Shown here one piece after another: positions 39,598 through 49,374 of a DNA stretch of 64,000 nucleotides; position 1 is the first letter of the stretch; the number at the start of each line of letters is the position of its first letter. The position numbers were made by a program, and so were the translations under genes. The DNA is taken from NCBI GenBank assembly GCA_024403275.1, contig JAKSSD010000006.1:821-64820 (forward strand), given 5' to 3'. Below the pieces are notes generated by a model. That model had not been told where the DNA came from. It ran no database searches and saw nothing but the letters and a program-made list of their open reading frames with translations. The stretch comes from Lachnospiraceae bacterium. GTDB taxonomy: Bacteria; Bacillota; Clostridia; Lachnospirales; Lachnospiraceae.

Positions 39598-40623
39598 ATG
39601 GCTGAATTAATTAAAGTAGCAGTTGATGCTCATGGTGGTGATAATGCTCCTACAGAGGTTGTTAAAGGAGTTGTTATGGCTTTGAATGAGCTTGATAATT
39701 TAAAAGTATATCTTGTAGGCATGGAAGATATTATTAATAAGGAACTTGAAGGAAAGACTTATGATAAGGATCGTCTTGAGATAGTAAATGCTACTGAGAT
39801 TATTCAGATGGCTGAGCCTCCTGTAGCTGCTATTAGAAGAAAAAAAGATTCTTCTATAGTAAAAGGAATGCATCTTGTTAGAAATGGTGAAGCGGATGCT
39901 TTTGTTTCATGCGGTAGTACAGGTGCTGTTCTTGTTGGCGGCCAGGTCATTGTTGGCAGATTAAAAGGAGTTGAAAGACCACCTCTTGCTCCTCTTATTC
40001 CTACTGCAAAAGGATTTACTCTCTTAATAGATTGTGGTGCGAATGTAGATGCCAAGCCTTCAAACCTTGTTCAGTTCGCTAAAATGGGAACTGTATATAT
40101 GAAGAAAATGATGGGAATAGAGAATCCTACAGTTGGTATTGTTAATATTGGAGCAGAGGAAGAAAAGGGTAATATGCTTGTTAAAGATACTTTTCCTATG
40201 CTTAAAAACTGCCCTGATATTAATTTTATCGGTAGTGTTGAAGCCAGAGACATTCCTTCTGGATATTGCGATATAGTAGTATGTGATGCGTTTGTAGGTA
40301 ATGTTATTCTTAAATTATATGAAGGATTAAGCTCAATGCTTGTTTCTGAGATTAAGGGTGCAATGATGTCTAGTACAAGAAGCAAAATTGGTGGAGCATT
40401 AGTTAAGCCTGCAATCAAGAACAAAATGAAATCCTTTTCTTCATCTGAATATGGTGGAGCACCTCTTCTTGGCCTTAAAGGCCTTGTTGTTAAGGGACAT
40501 GGTAGCTCTGATGATGTAGAGATTAAAAATGCGATTAGACAGGCTGTTCAGTATACTGAGAGCGGCATGTTGAATATTCTTAGTGAGAGTTTTGCTATCA
40601 CTGAAGCGCAGGAGGAAGAGTAA
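39598..40623 (+). CDS. plsX: phosphate acyltransferase PlsX
   Basis: IAVDAHGGDNAP N-terminus, SCGSTGA and KGHGSSD motifs. Confidence 0.93.
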   Translation: MAELIKVAVDAHGGDNAPTEVVKGVVMALNELDNLKVYLVGMEDIINKELEGKTYDKDRLEIVNATEIIQMAEPPVAAIRRKKDSSIVKGMHLVRNGEADAFVSCGSTGAVLVGGQVIVGRLKGVERPPLAPLIPTAKGFTLLIDCGANVDAKPSNLVQFAKMGTVYMKKMMGIENPTVGIVNIGAEEEKGNMLVKDTFPMLKNCPDINFIGSVEARDIPSGYCDIVVCDAFVGNVILKLYEGLSSMLVSEIKGAMMSSTRSKIGGALVKPAIKNKMKSFSSSEYGGAPLLGLKGLVVKGHGSSDDVEIKNAIRQAVQYTESGMLNILSESFAITEAQEEE

Positions 40624-40629
40624 CATATA

Positions 40630-40866
40630 ATGGTACTTGATGTTTTAAAAGAAAATATAGTAGAAATACTAAATGTTGATCCCAATGAAATAACAGAATC
40701 AACATCCTTTATAGGAGATTTATGTGCCGATTCTCTTGATTTATATCAGATTATTCTTGGTGTTGAGAGTAAACTTAATATTTCATTAAGAGATGAAGAC
40801 TTTGAGCAGATTACCAATGTTGGTGATGCGGTTCAACTAATTGAAAAGGTTATGGGTCAGAAATAA
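40630..40866 (+). CDS. acpP: acyl carrier protein
   Basis: 78 aa, DLCADSLDLYQII phosphopantetheine attachment motif (DSL). Confidence 0.85.
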   Translation: MVLDVLKENIVEILNVDPNEITESTSFIGDLCADSLDLYQIILGVESKLNISLRDEDFEQITNVGDAVQLIEKVMGQK

Positions 40867-41576
40867 TGAACATAGAAGAAAAACTTACAGAATTACAAAA
40901 GGTTATTGGATTGTCATTCAATAATTTATCTAATCTAAAATGTGCAATTTCACATTCTTCCTATGTTAATGAATTAAAGGTTAATAAATGGGAGAATTAT
41001 GAAAGATTGGAATTTCTTGGAGATGCAGTTCTCGAACTTATCACAAGTAATTTCCTTTATACAAATCATCCAGACATGCCTGAAGGTGAAATGTCAAAAT
41101 TAAGAGCATCTTTAGTATGCGAGTCATCGCTTGCATTTACTGCTAAAAAGATGGAGATTGGTAAATATATTTTATTAGGTAAGGGAGAAGATTCCAGTGG
41201 TGGAAGAAATAGAAATTCTCTTTTATCAGATGTATTCGAAGCAATCATTGGTGCTGTTTACCTTGAATTTGGATTCGAAACTGCCAAGGAATATGTAGAA
41301 AGAGTTCTTCTTAATGATATTTCAGAAAATCAGATTTTCGTTGATTCTAAGAGCAGAATGCAGATTTACGTTCAGGCTCGTGGCGGAATGGAATTAGAGT
41401 ATAGAGTAATTGAAGAAAAAGGTCCTGATCATGACAAGCACTTTGTTGTAGGTCTCTTTATCAATAAAGAAGAGTTTGGTCGTGGTGAAGGTCATAATAA
41501 GAAGGAAGCCGAGCAGATTGCTGCTTATAATGCAATTAAATTTCTTGAATTTAAAGGAAAAACAACATGTATTTAA
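40866..41576 (+). CDS. rnc: ribonuclease III
   Basis: ERLEFLGDAVLEL signature and a C-terminal dsRBD (GPDHDKHF...GEGHNKKEAEQIAA). Confidence 0.93.
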   Translation: MNIEEKLTELQKVIGLSFNNLSNLKCAISHSSYVNELKVNKWENYERLEFLGDAVLELITSNFLYTNHPDMPEGEMSKLRASLVCESSLAFTAKKMEIGKYILLGKGEDSSGGRNRNSLLSDVFEAIIGAVYLEFGFETAKEYVERVLLNDISENQIFVDSKSRMQIYVQARGGMELEYRVIEEKGPDHDKHFVVGLFINKEEFGRGEGHNKKEAEQIAAYNAIKFLEFKGKTTCI

Positions 41577-44500
41577 AAAGTATTGAAGTGCAGGGATTTA
41601 AGTCTTTTGCGCAGAAAACTGTTTTACAATTTAATAATGGTATTACGGGTATTGTTGGTCCTAATGGTTCAGGTAAAAGTAATGTTGCGGATGCTGTAAG
41701 ATGGGTTCTTGGCGAACAAAGAATCAAACAGCTTCGTGGTGCCTCCATGCAGGATGTTATTTTCTCGGGTACAGAACTTAGAAAACCTGTAGGAAGTGCA
41801 TATGTAGCAATTACACTTGATAATTCAGATCATTCTTTAGCAATTGATTTTGATGAAGTTACTGTAGCTAGAAGAATTTATCGTTCTGGTGAGTCAGAAT
41901 ATCTTATAAATGGTACTGTTTGTCGTTTGAAGGACGTTAATGAGCTCTTCTATGATACTGGTATTGGTAAGGAAGGCTATTCTATCATAGGTCAAGGTCA
42001 GATCGATAAGATTCTTAGTTCTAAGCCAGAAGACAGACGTGAGCTTTTTGATGAAGCTGCAGGTATTGTTAAGTTTAAGAGAAGGAAAAATGAAACCTTA
42101 AAGAAACTTGAAAATGAAAGAGCAAATCTTTTGAGAGTTACAGATATTTTATCTGAGCTTGATAGACAGATTGGTCCTTTGGAGAAACAGTCGGAGAAGG
42201 CTAAGATTTATCTTTCTAAGAAAGAGGAATTAAAGAAACTCGATATTAATGTGTTCCTTCTTGATTCTCAGGTTATTGATAAGAAGATTAAGGAGCTTGC
42301 AGAAAAAGAAGCTATTGCTCGTAAAGATTTCGATGATACAACTTTGCTTTCAGAGAAATTAAAGCGTGATTATGAAGAAGTTGAGAATATTCTTGCTCAT
42401 CTTGATGAGGAAATCGAAAAGAATCGTTCTATGCTTGCTAATACAGATGTATTAAGAGAAAAGCTTGAAGGTGAAATCAAAGTTATCAATGAGCAAATTC
42501 TTGCTGCTACTGATCATATTGAACATCTTAATGAGAGAATGAATAATCTTGATACTTCTATTTCTGGTAAGAAGGATGAAGCTGAGAAGGTTCTTGAATT
42601 AAAGAAGCAGATAGATACAGAGATTAATGATAAATTCCTTGTATTAGAAGCTTTGAAGGCAGAACTAGATAATGTTCAGTCTGATATAGAGACTGCATCA
42701 GCTACTGTTGAGAAGGGTAATAGTTATATCATTGAACTTCTTAATGAAAGAGCTGGTATTAAAGCTGATATTTCTGGTATTGATACTAATATTTCACAGA
42801 AGAATATCAGATTATCTGAAATAAATGCTAAACTTCTTGCTGCTAAATCTGTTGAACAGAAGCAGAATATGGAAGTTAAGAGACTTGAGGATGAGTTTAA
42901 TCTTATTACAGAAGAGATTCAAAAACTCAATACTTATGGTAAAGAACTTGATAAAAAGACAGTTGCTTTCCATGAAGAACTTACAGTTTTAGATGATAAA
43001 CTTAAGGAAGTTCAGACAAGTTTCCATAGAGAAAAATCAAAACTTGATGCTATTTCAAACCTTTCTGAAAGATATGATGGATTTAACTCATCTATTAAGA
43101 AGGTTATGGAGCATAAGGCTTCTGACAAGAAGATTCTTGGTGTAGTAGCAGATTTAATTAAGGTTGACTCAAAATATGAGACAGCCATTGAGATTGCTCT
43201 TGGTGGTAACATTCAAAATATTGTAACTGAGGATGAAGAGACAGCTAAAAAGCTTATTAATGTTCTGAAGACTGAAAAAGCTGGTAGAGCTACATTTCTT
43301 CCTCTTACATCACTTACTAATCCACAGGAATTTAAGCAGCCTGAATCTCTTGAAGAGAAGGGCGTGATTGGTATGGCTGATGAAATCGTTGAGTGTGATG
43401 ATAAGTACAGACCAGTTGCTAAATCACTTCTTGGAAGAATCCTCGTGGTTGATAATGTGGACAATGCATTAAAGATTGCCAGAAAATATGAATATGGTAT
43501 CAGAATGGTTACTCTTGAAGGTGAACTTTTAGTTCCAGGTGGTGCCATTAGTGGTGGTAATTTTAGGAATAACTCTAACCTTCTTGGTCGTCGTCGTGAA
43601 ATTGATGAACTTGATAAAAAGGTTAAAGAGCTTATTAAAGAACAGGACAAGATTCTTGAAGATATTGAGAATGTTAAGCTTAAGAGAAATGAAAACAGAA
43701 ATGAGATTATAAAGAATAAGGATAATCTTCAGGATGCATTTATCAGACAGAATTCAGCTAGAATTAACTGCCAGAATGCTAAGGAGAAGATGGGATCTAC
43801 TTTATCAGATTTTGAAGCCTTAAGAGAAGAAGTAGATATTATCAAGTTGGATCTTGAGACTCTTGAGAAAGAAAAGACTGCCAAAGAAAATCTCTTCAAA
43901 GAATCAATCGAAAATGAAAAGAATGAAAAGAAGCTTATTGATACTAAACAGGCTGAACTTGTTTCATTAAGAAGTGTTGAGACAGGAAAGCTTGAAAATG
44001 TACAAAATGCTAATCTTGTTCTTGAAAAATTATATCAGAAGCAGGAATTTGAGCAGGCTAATCTTGATCGAATCAAGTCTGAAATTACCAGATTTGAAAA
44101 TGATAAGAATGAAATTATTAATTCTCGTTCATTGTCAGATGATGAGATTGAGAGAAAGAAAGTTAATCTTGAAGAAATAAGAGAGACTATTAAAGCAAGC
44201 TTTACATCGCAGTCAGAAGCTGAAAAACAGCTTGAGGATGATGTTAAGAAGAGGGATGAACTCCTTACTAAACGTAAATCATATTTCGATGAAAGAGATT
44301 CTATTACAAATAGAATCGCAGAATATGATAAGGAGTTATTCAGACTTAAGACCGCAAGAGAAAAGCAGGAAGAAAATCTTGCAGGCTTCTCATCATATAT
44401 TTGGCAGGAATATGACATTACACTTCAGGATGCCAAGCAGTTTAGAGATGAAGAACTTAATGACTTAAGTGCTATGAAGAAGCAGGTTTCATCTATAAAG

Positions 44501-45154
44501 GATGATATTAAGAAGTTAGGTGATGTTAATGTAAATGCAATTGAAGAATATAAAGAAGTATTTACAAGACATTTCTTCTTATCAAGTCAGCATAAGGATT
44601 TACAGGATGCAGAAAGAGACCTTGTTAAGATTATTGATGAACTTGATAACAATATGAGAAAGCAGTTCGCTGAACAGTTTGGTCGTATTTCAAATGAGTT
44701 TGATAAGGTATTTAAGGAGTTGTTTGGTGGTGGTAAGGCTACTTTGGAGCTTCTTGATGATGAGGATATTCTTGAAGCAGGTATTAGAATTATTGCACAG
44801 CCTCCAGGAAAGAAGCTTCAGAATATGATGCAGCTTTCGGGTGGTGAAAAAGCATTAGCAGCTATTTCTCTTTTATTTGCTATTCAAAACCTCAAGCCTT
44901 CACCATTCTGTCTTCTTGATGAAATCGAAGCAGCCCTTGATGAAAGCAATGTAGATAGATTTGCCAAGTATCTTATCAAGATGACAAAGAATACTCAGTT
45001 CATTGTAATCACACATAGACGTGGTACTATGAACAAAGCTGATCAGCTTTATGGTATTACTATGCAGGAAAAGGGTGTATCTGCTCTTGTATCTGTAGAT
45101 CTTATTGATAAAGAATTAGAAAAAGAAGAAAAAAAGACTAAGGAACGTAAATAA
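41567..45154 (+). CDS. smc: chromosome segregation protein SMC
   Basis: MYLKSIEVQGFKSF...GPNGSGKSN Walker A, long coiled coils with a central hinge (GVVADLIKVDSKYETAIEIALGG), and C-terminal LSGGEKALAAISLLFA plus CLLDEIEAALD. Confidence 0.96.
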   Translation: MYLKSIEVQGFKSFAQKTVLQFNNGITGIVGPNGSGKSNVADAVRWVLGEQRIKQLRGASMQDVIFSGTELRKPVGSAYVAITLDNSDHSLAIDFDEVTVARRIYRSGESEYLINGTVCRLKDVNELFYDTGIGKEGYSIIGQGQIDKILSSKPEDRRELFDEAAGIVKFKRRKNETLKKLENERANLLRVTDILSELDRQIGPLEKQSEKAKIYLSKKEELKKLDINVFLLDSQVIDKKIKELAEKEAIARKDFDDTTLLSEKLKRDYEEVENILAHLDEEIEKNRSMLANTDVLREKLEGEIKVINEQILAATDHIEHLNERMNNLDTSISGKKDEAEKVLELKKQIDTEINDKFLVLEALKAELDNVQSDIETASATVEKGNSYIIELLNERAGIKADISGIDTNISQKNIRLSEINAKLLAAKSVEQKQNMEVKRLEDEFNLITEEIQKLNTYGKELDKKTVAFHEELTVLDDKLKEVQTSFHREKSKLDAISNLSERYDGFNSSIKKVMEHKASDKKILGVVADLIKVDSKYETAIEIALGGNIQNIVTEDEETAKKLINVLKTEKAGRATFLPLTSLTNPQEFKQPESLEEKGVIGMADEIVECDDKYRPVAKSLLGRILVVDNVDNALKIARKYEYGIRMVTLEGELLVPGGAISGGNFRNNSNLLGRRREIDELDKKVKELIKEQDKILEDIENVKLKRNENRNEIIKNKDNLQDAFIRQNSARINCQNAKEKMGSTLSDFEALREEVDIIKLDLETLEKEKTAKENLFKESIENEKNEKKLIDTKQAELVSLRSVETGKLENVQNANLVLEKLYQKQEFEQANLDRIKSEITRFENDKNEIINSRSLSDDEIERKKVNLEEIRETIKASFTSQSEAEKQLEDDVKKRDELLTKRKSYFDERDSITNRIAEYDKELFRLKTAREKQEENLAGFSSYIWQEYDITLQDAKQFRDEELNDLSAMKKQVSSIKDDIKKLGDVNVNAIEEYKEVFTRHFFLSSQHKDLQDAERDLVKIIDELDNNMRKQFAEQFGRISNEFDKVFKELFGGGKATLELLDDEDILEAGIRIIAQPPGKKLQNMMQLSGGEKALAAISLLFAIQNLKPSPFCLLDEIEAALDESNVDRFAKYLIKMTKNTQFIVITHRRGTMNKADQLYGITMQEKGVSALVSVDLIDKELEKEEKKTKERK

Positions 45155-46078
45155 ATGGAAAAGGAAAAATTGGGTTTCTTTTCGAAGCTTAAAAATGGCC
45201 TTAACAAAACAAGAATTAATCTTTTGGATGGTCTTGATAGTGTAATACATGGTTTTTCAGAAATTGATGATAGCTTTTACGAAGAACTTGAAGAAGTTTT
45301 AGTTATGGCTGACATTGGTGTATATACATCTGAGGAGATTATTGAAGAGCTTAAAACATCAGTAAAGATTGAGCATATTAAGAATCCAGAAGAATGTAAA
45401 AGCTTTCTTATTGATTCACTTTCTAAGAGATTATATGTTTCTGAAGATAATTATCAATTTGAAAATAAGCAGTCTATTATATTTGTAATTGGCGTTAATG
45501 GAGTAGGAAAGACAACAACGATAGGAAAACTTGCTTCTAATTTTAAGAATGACGGCAAGAGAGTTCTTATTGCTGCTGCTGATACATTTAGAGCTGCAGC
45601 TACTGAACAGCTTGAAGCCTGGGCTAATAGAGTTGGGGTTCAGATGATTGGTGCTTCTGAGGGCGCTGATCCTGCAAGTGTTATCTATGATGCTTTACAA
45701 TCTGCTAAATCAAAGGATGTTGATATTCTTCTTTGTGATACAGCTGGAAGACTTCATAATAAGAAGAATCTTATGGAAGAACTCAAAAAGATGAATAGAA
45801 TCATAGACAGAGAATTTCCTAATGCTCATAGAGAGAATTTCCTTGTATTAGATGCTTCAACTGGTCAGAATGCCCTGAATCAGGCCAAAGAATTTAAAGA
45901 TGCCTGTGATATTACAGGTATAATTCTTACTAAAATGGATGGAACTGCCAAAGGTGGTATTGCAATAGCTATTCAGTCTGAGCTTGGAATTCCAGTTAAG
46001 TACATAGGTGTGGGTGAAGGAGTCGAAGATCTTCAGAAATTTGATCCAAAAGCCTTTGCAAAAGCTATTTTTGAATAA
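45155..46078 (+). CDS. ftsY: signal recognition particle receptor FtsY
   Basis: NG domain with GVNGVGKTTT, DTAGRL and TKMDGTAKGG. Confidence 0.93.
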   Translation: MEKEKLGFFSKLKNGLNKTRINLLDGLDSVIHGFSEIDDSFYEELEEVLVMADIGVYTSEEIIEELKTSVKIEHIKNPEECKSFLIDSLSKRLYVSEDNYQFENKQSIIFVIGVNGVGKTTTIGKLASNFKNDGKRVLIAAADTFRAAATEQLEAWANRVGVQMIGASEGADPASVIYDALQSAKSKDVDILLCDTAGRLHNKKNLMEELKKMNRIIDREFPNAHRENFLVLDASTGQNALNQAKEFKDACDITGIILTKMDGTAKGGIAIAIQSELGIPVKYIGVGEGVEDLQKFDPKAFAKAIFE

Positions 46079-46082
46079 TTTT

Positions 46083-46124
46083 AAGGGTGTCAAGATATTT
46101 TACTTGACACCTTATTTTTATTTT
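46083..46124 (+). terminator. rho-independent terminator after ftsY
   Basis: AAGGGTGTCAAG / CTTGACACCTT stem (one bulge) followed by a T-rich tail. The 3' arm also supplies a TTGACA (46104-46109) that sits 17 nt from TATATT (46127-46132), a possible ylxM-ffh promoter. Confidence 0.65.
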
Positions 46125-46160
46125 GGTATATTATGTACGTTGTGTTTTGTGAGGCGTATT

Positions 46161-46499
46161 ATGGATAAAATTGTAGAAAGATCTCTTTTGTTTGATGTAT
46201 ATGGAGATTTACTTACAGAACATCAAAGAGAAATATATCAGAATCTTGTAGATAATGATTATTCTTTATCTGAAATTGCTGAAGAACTTGGTATTTCAAG
46301 ACAGGGTGTTCATGATGCTATCAAACGAATTGACAAGATTCTTATTGATTATGAGGATAAGCTTCATTATGCAGCCAAATATCAGCTTAATATTAGTAAG
46401 ATAGAATCAATTCTTTCTGAAATAGATGAGCTTAAGAAACAAAATGTTGACTGCAGCAGACTAGAAGCTTTAATTAAGAGTTTATCAGAGGATATATAA
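46161..46499 (+). CDS. ylxM: YlxM/p13-like putative DNA-binding protein (UPF0122)
   Basis: LLFDVYGDLLTEHQREIYQNLVDNDYSLSEIAEELGISRQGVHDAIKR, conserved position before ffh. The ORF-track start at 46008 overlaps ftsY and the terminator. Confidence 0.85.
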   Translation: MDKIVERSLLFDVYGDLLTEHQREIYQNLVDNDYSLSEIAEELGISRQGVHDAIKRIDKILIDYEDKLHYAAKYQLNISKIESILSEIDELKKQNVDCSRLEALIKSLSEDI

Positions 46500-47873
46500 A
46501 TGGCTTTTGAAAGCTTAACAGATAAATTAACCAATGTATTTAAGAAGTTAAAGTCAAAGGGTTTACTTACTGAAGCTGATGTTAAAGAGGCTTTAAAGGA
46601 AGTTAAATTTGCTTTACTTGAAGCAGACGTTAATTATAAGGTTGTTAAAAATTTCATAAAATCAGTTGAAGCCAGAGCTGTTGGTTCGGAAGTTTTAGAA
46701 GGTCTTAATCCAGGACAGGCGGTTATTAAGATTGTTAATGAAGAACTTACAAATGTTCTTGGTTCTGAAACTACAGAACTTAAATTTGAACCAGGTCAAG
46801 CCACTACAGTTATTATGCTTTGTGGTCTTCAGGGTGCTGGTAAAACAACAACAGCTGCTAAGCTTGCAGGTAAATTCATGCAAAAGGGTAAAACTCCGCT
46901 TCTTGTTGCTCTCGATGTTTACAGACCCGCTGCTATTAAACAGTTACAGGTAAATGGAGAGAAGCAGGGCGTTGAAGTATTTACAATGGGTGATTCAGTT
47001 AAGCCTGTTGATATTGCCAAAGCCAGTATTGAATATGCAAGTAAGAATAAGAAAAACGTTGTAATCTTTGATACCGCAGGTCGTTTACATGTTGATGAAG
47101 CATTGATGGATGAACTTGTAGAGATTAAGTCAAATATTAATGTAAATAAAACTATTCTTGTAGTTGATGCCATGACAGGTCAGGATTCAGTTAATGTAGC
47201 TACTGAATTCAATGAAAAGATTGGTGTTGATGGTCTTATCTTAAGTAAGATGGACGGCGATACAAGAGGTGGTGCAGCATTATCAATTAAAGCTGTTACT
47301 GGTGTTCCAATTCTTTATGTTGGTATGGGTGAGAAGCTTTCAGATCTTGAACAGTTCTATCCAGATCGTATGGCTAACAGAATTCTTGGAATGGGCGATG
47401 TTCTAACACTTATCGATAAGGTAATGGAAGAGAAGATCGACATCGACAAGGATAAAGAAAAGGATATGATGGCACGTCTCAAGAAAGGTAAGTTTGATTT
47501 CAATGACTATCTTGAGAGCATGCAGCAAATGAAAAAGATGGGTGGTCTTGGTTCATTACTTGGACTTATGCCAAATCTTGGAATCTCAAAGGATGATCTT
47601 GAAGGTGCTGTTGATGAGAAACAGTTAAAGCAGATGGAAGCAATCGTTCTTTCGATGACTAAGAAGGAGAGAACTAATCCTAAGATTCTTAATCCACAGA
47701 GAAAACATCGTATTGCAAAGGGTGCCGGTGTTGATATAGCTGTTGTAAACAGATTTATCAAACAGTTTGAACAGACACAGAAGATGATGAAACAAATGCC
47801 TGGACTTATGGGAGGCAAGAAACACAGAGGCTTTGGCGGCCTTGGCGGATTCGGTGGTAAGTTTCCGTTTTAA
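46500..47873 (+). CDS. ffh: signal recognition particle protein Ffh
   Basis: GLQGAGKTTT, DTAGRL, SKMDGDTRGGAALS and a Met-rich M domain. Confidence 0.96.
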   Translation: MAFESLTDKLTNVFKKLKSKGLLTEADVKEALKEVKFALLEADVNYKVVKNFIKSVEARAVGSEVLEGLNPGQAVIKIVNEELTNVLGSETTELKFEPGQATTVIMLCGLQGAGKTTTAAKLAGKFMQKGKTPLLVALDVYRPAAIKQLQVNGEKQGVEVFTMGDSVKPVDIAKASIEYASKNKKNVVIFDTAGRLHVDEALMDELVEIKSNINVNKTILVVDAMTGQDSVNVATEFNEKIGVDGLILSKMDGDTRGGAALSIKAVTGVPILYVGMGEKLSDLEQFYPDRMANRILGMGDVLTLIDKVMEEKIDIDKDKEKDMMARLKKGKFDFNDYLESMQQMKKMGGLGSLLGLMPNLGISKDDLEGAVDEKQLKQMEAIVLSMTKKERTNPKILNPQRKHRIAKGAGVDIAVVNRFIKQFEQTQKMMKQMPGLMGGKKHRGFGGLGGFGGKFPF

Positions 47874-47949
47874 ACAAGTCAATATCTTCCTTTCGGAAGC
47901 TTTTGAATATAAATTTAAATTAATATATTTATTTATGGAGGAATTAAAA

Positions 47950-48195
47950 ATGTCAGTTAAAATCAGATTAAGCAGAATGGGTTATAAGAGAAATCCTATT
48001 TACAGAATCGTAGTTTCAGATTCACGTACAGCTAGAAATGGTGGTTGCATCGCAGAAATCGGAACATATGATCCAAACAAGAACCCATCAGAGTTCAAGG
48101 TTGATGCAGAAAGCGCTAAGAAGTGGTTAAATAATGGTGCTCAGCCTACAGAAACTGTTGCTAAGATTTTCAAACTTGCTGGTATTGAGAAATAA
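47950..48195 (+). CDS. rpsP: 30S ribosomal protein S16
   Basis: MSVKIRLSRMGYKRNPIYRIVV. GGAGG Shine-Dalgarno upstream of ATG 47950. Confidence 0.94.
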   Translation: MSVKIRLSRMGYKRNPIYRIVVSDSRTARNGGCIAEIGTYDPNKNPSEFKVDAESAKKWLNNGAQPTETVAKIFKLAGIEK

Positions 48196-48221
48196 TTGAT
48201 TGATACACAGGAGGTGGATTC

Positions 48222-48449
48222 ATGAAAGAATTAGTTGAAGTAATCGCTAAAGCTCTTGTGGATCATCCTGATGAAGTAGTTGTTACCGAAACGGTTAACG
48301 GCAAAAATGTTGAAGTAAATCTTCACGTTGCTCAGTCAGATATGGGCAAGGTAATCGGAAAGCAGGGCCGCATTGCAAAGGCTATTCGTCTTGTAATAAA
48401 GGCAGCATCCGTTAAGGATGATTTGCAGGTTGATGTAAATATCGAATAA
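48222..48449 (+). CDS. KH-domain RNA-binding protein (YlqC-like)
   Basis: 75 aa, GKVIGKQGRIAKAIR KH motif, conserved position after rpsP. Confidence 0.87.
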   Translation: MKELVEVIAKALVDHPDEVVVTETVNGKNVEVNLHVAQSDMGKVIGKQGRIAKAIRLVIKAASVKDDLQVDVNIE

Positions 48450-48477
48450 AAAAAGCGGCGAATATTCGCCGTTTTTT
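48447..48477. terminator. bidirectional rho-independent terminator
   Basis: Perfect palindrome CGGCGAATATTCGCCG flanked by an A-run upstream and a T-run downstream. It serves the KH gene (+) and the convergent 88-aa gene (-). Confidence 0.85.
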
Positions 48478-48487
48478 AACGAGATTA

Positions 48488-48754
48488 TTAATCTTCTTCG
48501 AGAATCTGTATTTCCAAATAATCAAACTCTATTGATTCGATAAAAGAATCTTTGTTGAATCTGGTTTTGGAGACAGATTTAAACTCGTGTATATTTTTAT
48601 CGAGCCAGATTGGAACTGTTATATCAAATTCAGAACAGGCTTTTTCTAAAGAAGAAAAGATTTTATGGGTTCTTGTTTCTGATGAAGAATCGGAAATAGT
48701 AGTGTCCATTATTAAATGATTGTCTTTGATTTCTTTAACCCAAAGTCTAAACAT
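48488..48754 (-). CDS. hypothetical 88-aa acidic protein
   Basis: Intact ORF (MFRLWVKEIKDNHLIMD...FDYLEIQILEED) between a bidirectional terminator and an AT-rich upstream region. GAGG lies upstream (reverse complement of ...cctcg at about 48762). No family recognised. Confidence 0.55.
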   Translation of the reverse strand: MFRLWVKEIKDNHLIMDTTISDSSSETRTHKIFSSLEKACSEFDITVPIWLDKNIHEFKSVSKTRFNKDSFIESIEFDYLEIQILEED

Positions 48755-48957
48755 ATCTGTACCTCGATAAAACGGAATATTATGATTTTATCATATTATT
48801 ATAAGAATTTACATTAAATATACTGATTACAATAAAATTTCTTAAATCTATTGCAAATCTTGTATATTTATGTTAATTTATACTAGTTGCGTGTAAAGAG
48901 ATGGTCCGCTGGGTAGTTAACTTAAGAACATCCGATGAAAACAAAAGGAGAAATACA

Positions 48958-49302
48958 ATGAACGAAATCATTAAAGAAATCGAAGCTGCTCAGTTAAAAG
49001 AGTCAGTACCTGCATTTGAAGTTGGTGATACAGTTAAGGTTCACAACCTCATTCAGGAAGGTAACAAGTCAAGAATTCAGATCTTTGAAGGTACTGTAAT
49101 TAAAGTACAGGGTGGTTCAAACCGTCAGACATTCACAGTTCGTAAGATTTCAAACGGATGTGGTGTTGAAAAGACTTGGCCAATTCACTCACCTAACGTA
49201 GTAAACGTTGAAGTTGTTCGTAAGGGTAAAGTAAGAAGAGCTAAATTATTCTACTTAAGAGACAGAGTTGGTAAGAAAGCTAAGGTTAAAGAAAGAATTT
49301 AA
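48958..49302 (+). CDS. rplS: 50S ribosomal protein L19
   Basis: [29 protein letters not shown]...[16 protein letters not shown] upstream of ATG 48958. Confidence 0.94.
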   Translation: MNEIIKEIEAAQLKESVPAFEVGDTVKVHNLIQEGNKSRIQIFEGTVIKVQGGSNRQTFTVRKISNGCGVEKTWPIHSPNVVNVEVVRKGKVRRAKLFYLRDRVGKKAKVKERI

Positions 49303-49308
49303 TGCTTC

Positions 49309-49339
49309 AAGGGACAGGATGAAAATCTTGTCCCTTTTT
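49309..49339 (+). terminator. rho-independent terminator after rplS
   Basis: AAGGGACAGGA / TCTTGTCCCTT stem (one G-U pair) followed by TTTTT. Confidence 0.75.
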
Positions 49340-49374
49340 GTAATTTATAGTTTATTGTAATTAATGGTAAATTT

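Noticed and set aside
43213-44418. Minus-strand ORFs of 145 and 127 aa inside smc, plus similar antisense ORFs in pta (38511-38942), plsX (40071-40424), tlyA (10325-10705) and nusB (5828-6196)
   Set aside because: All are antisense or out-of-frame overlaps of strongly supported genes. They have low-complexity translations and no independent signals.
48841-48957. Possible L19 (rplS) autoregulatory leader RNA
   Set aside because: The location is right and a weak TTGCAA-17-TAATTT promoter is present. I cannot verify the leader's conserved structure by eye, so a covariance-model search (Rfam L19_leader) is needed.
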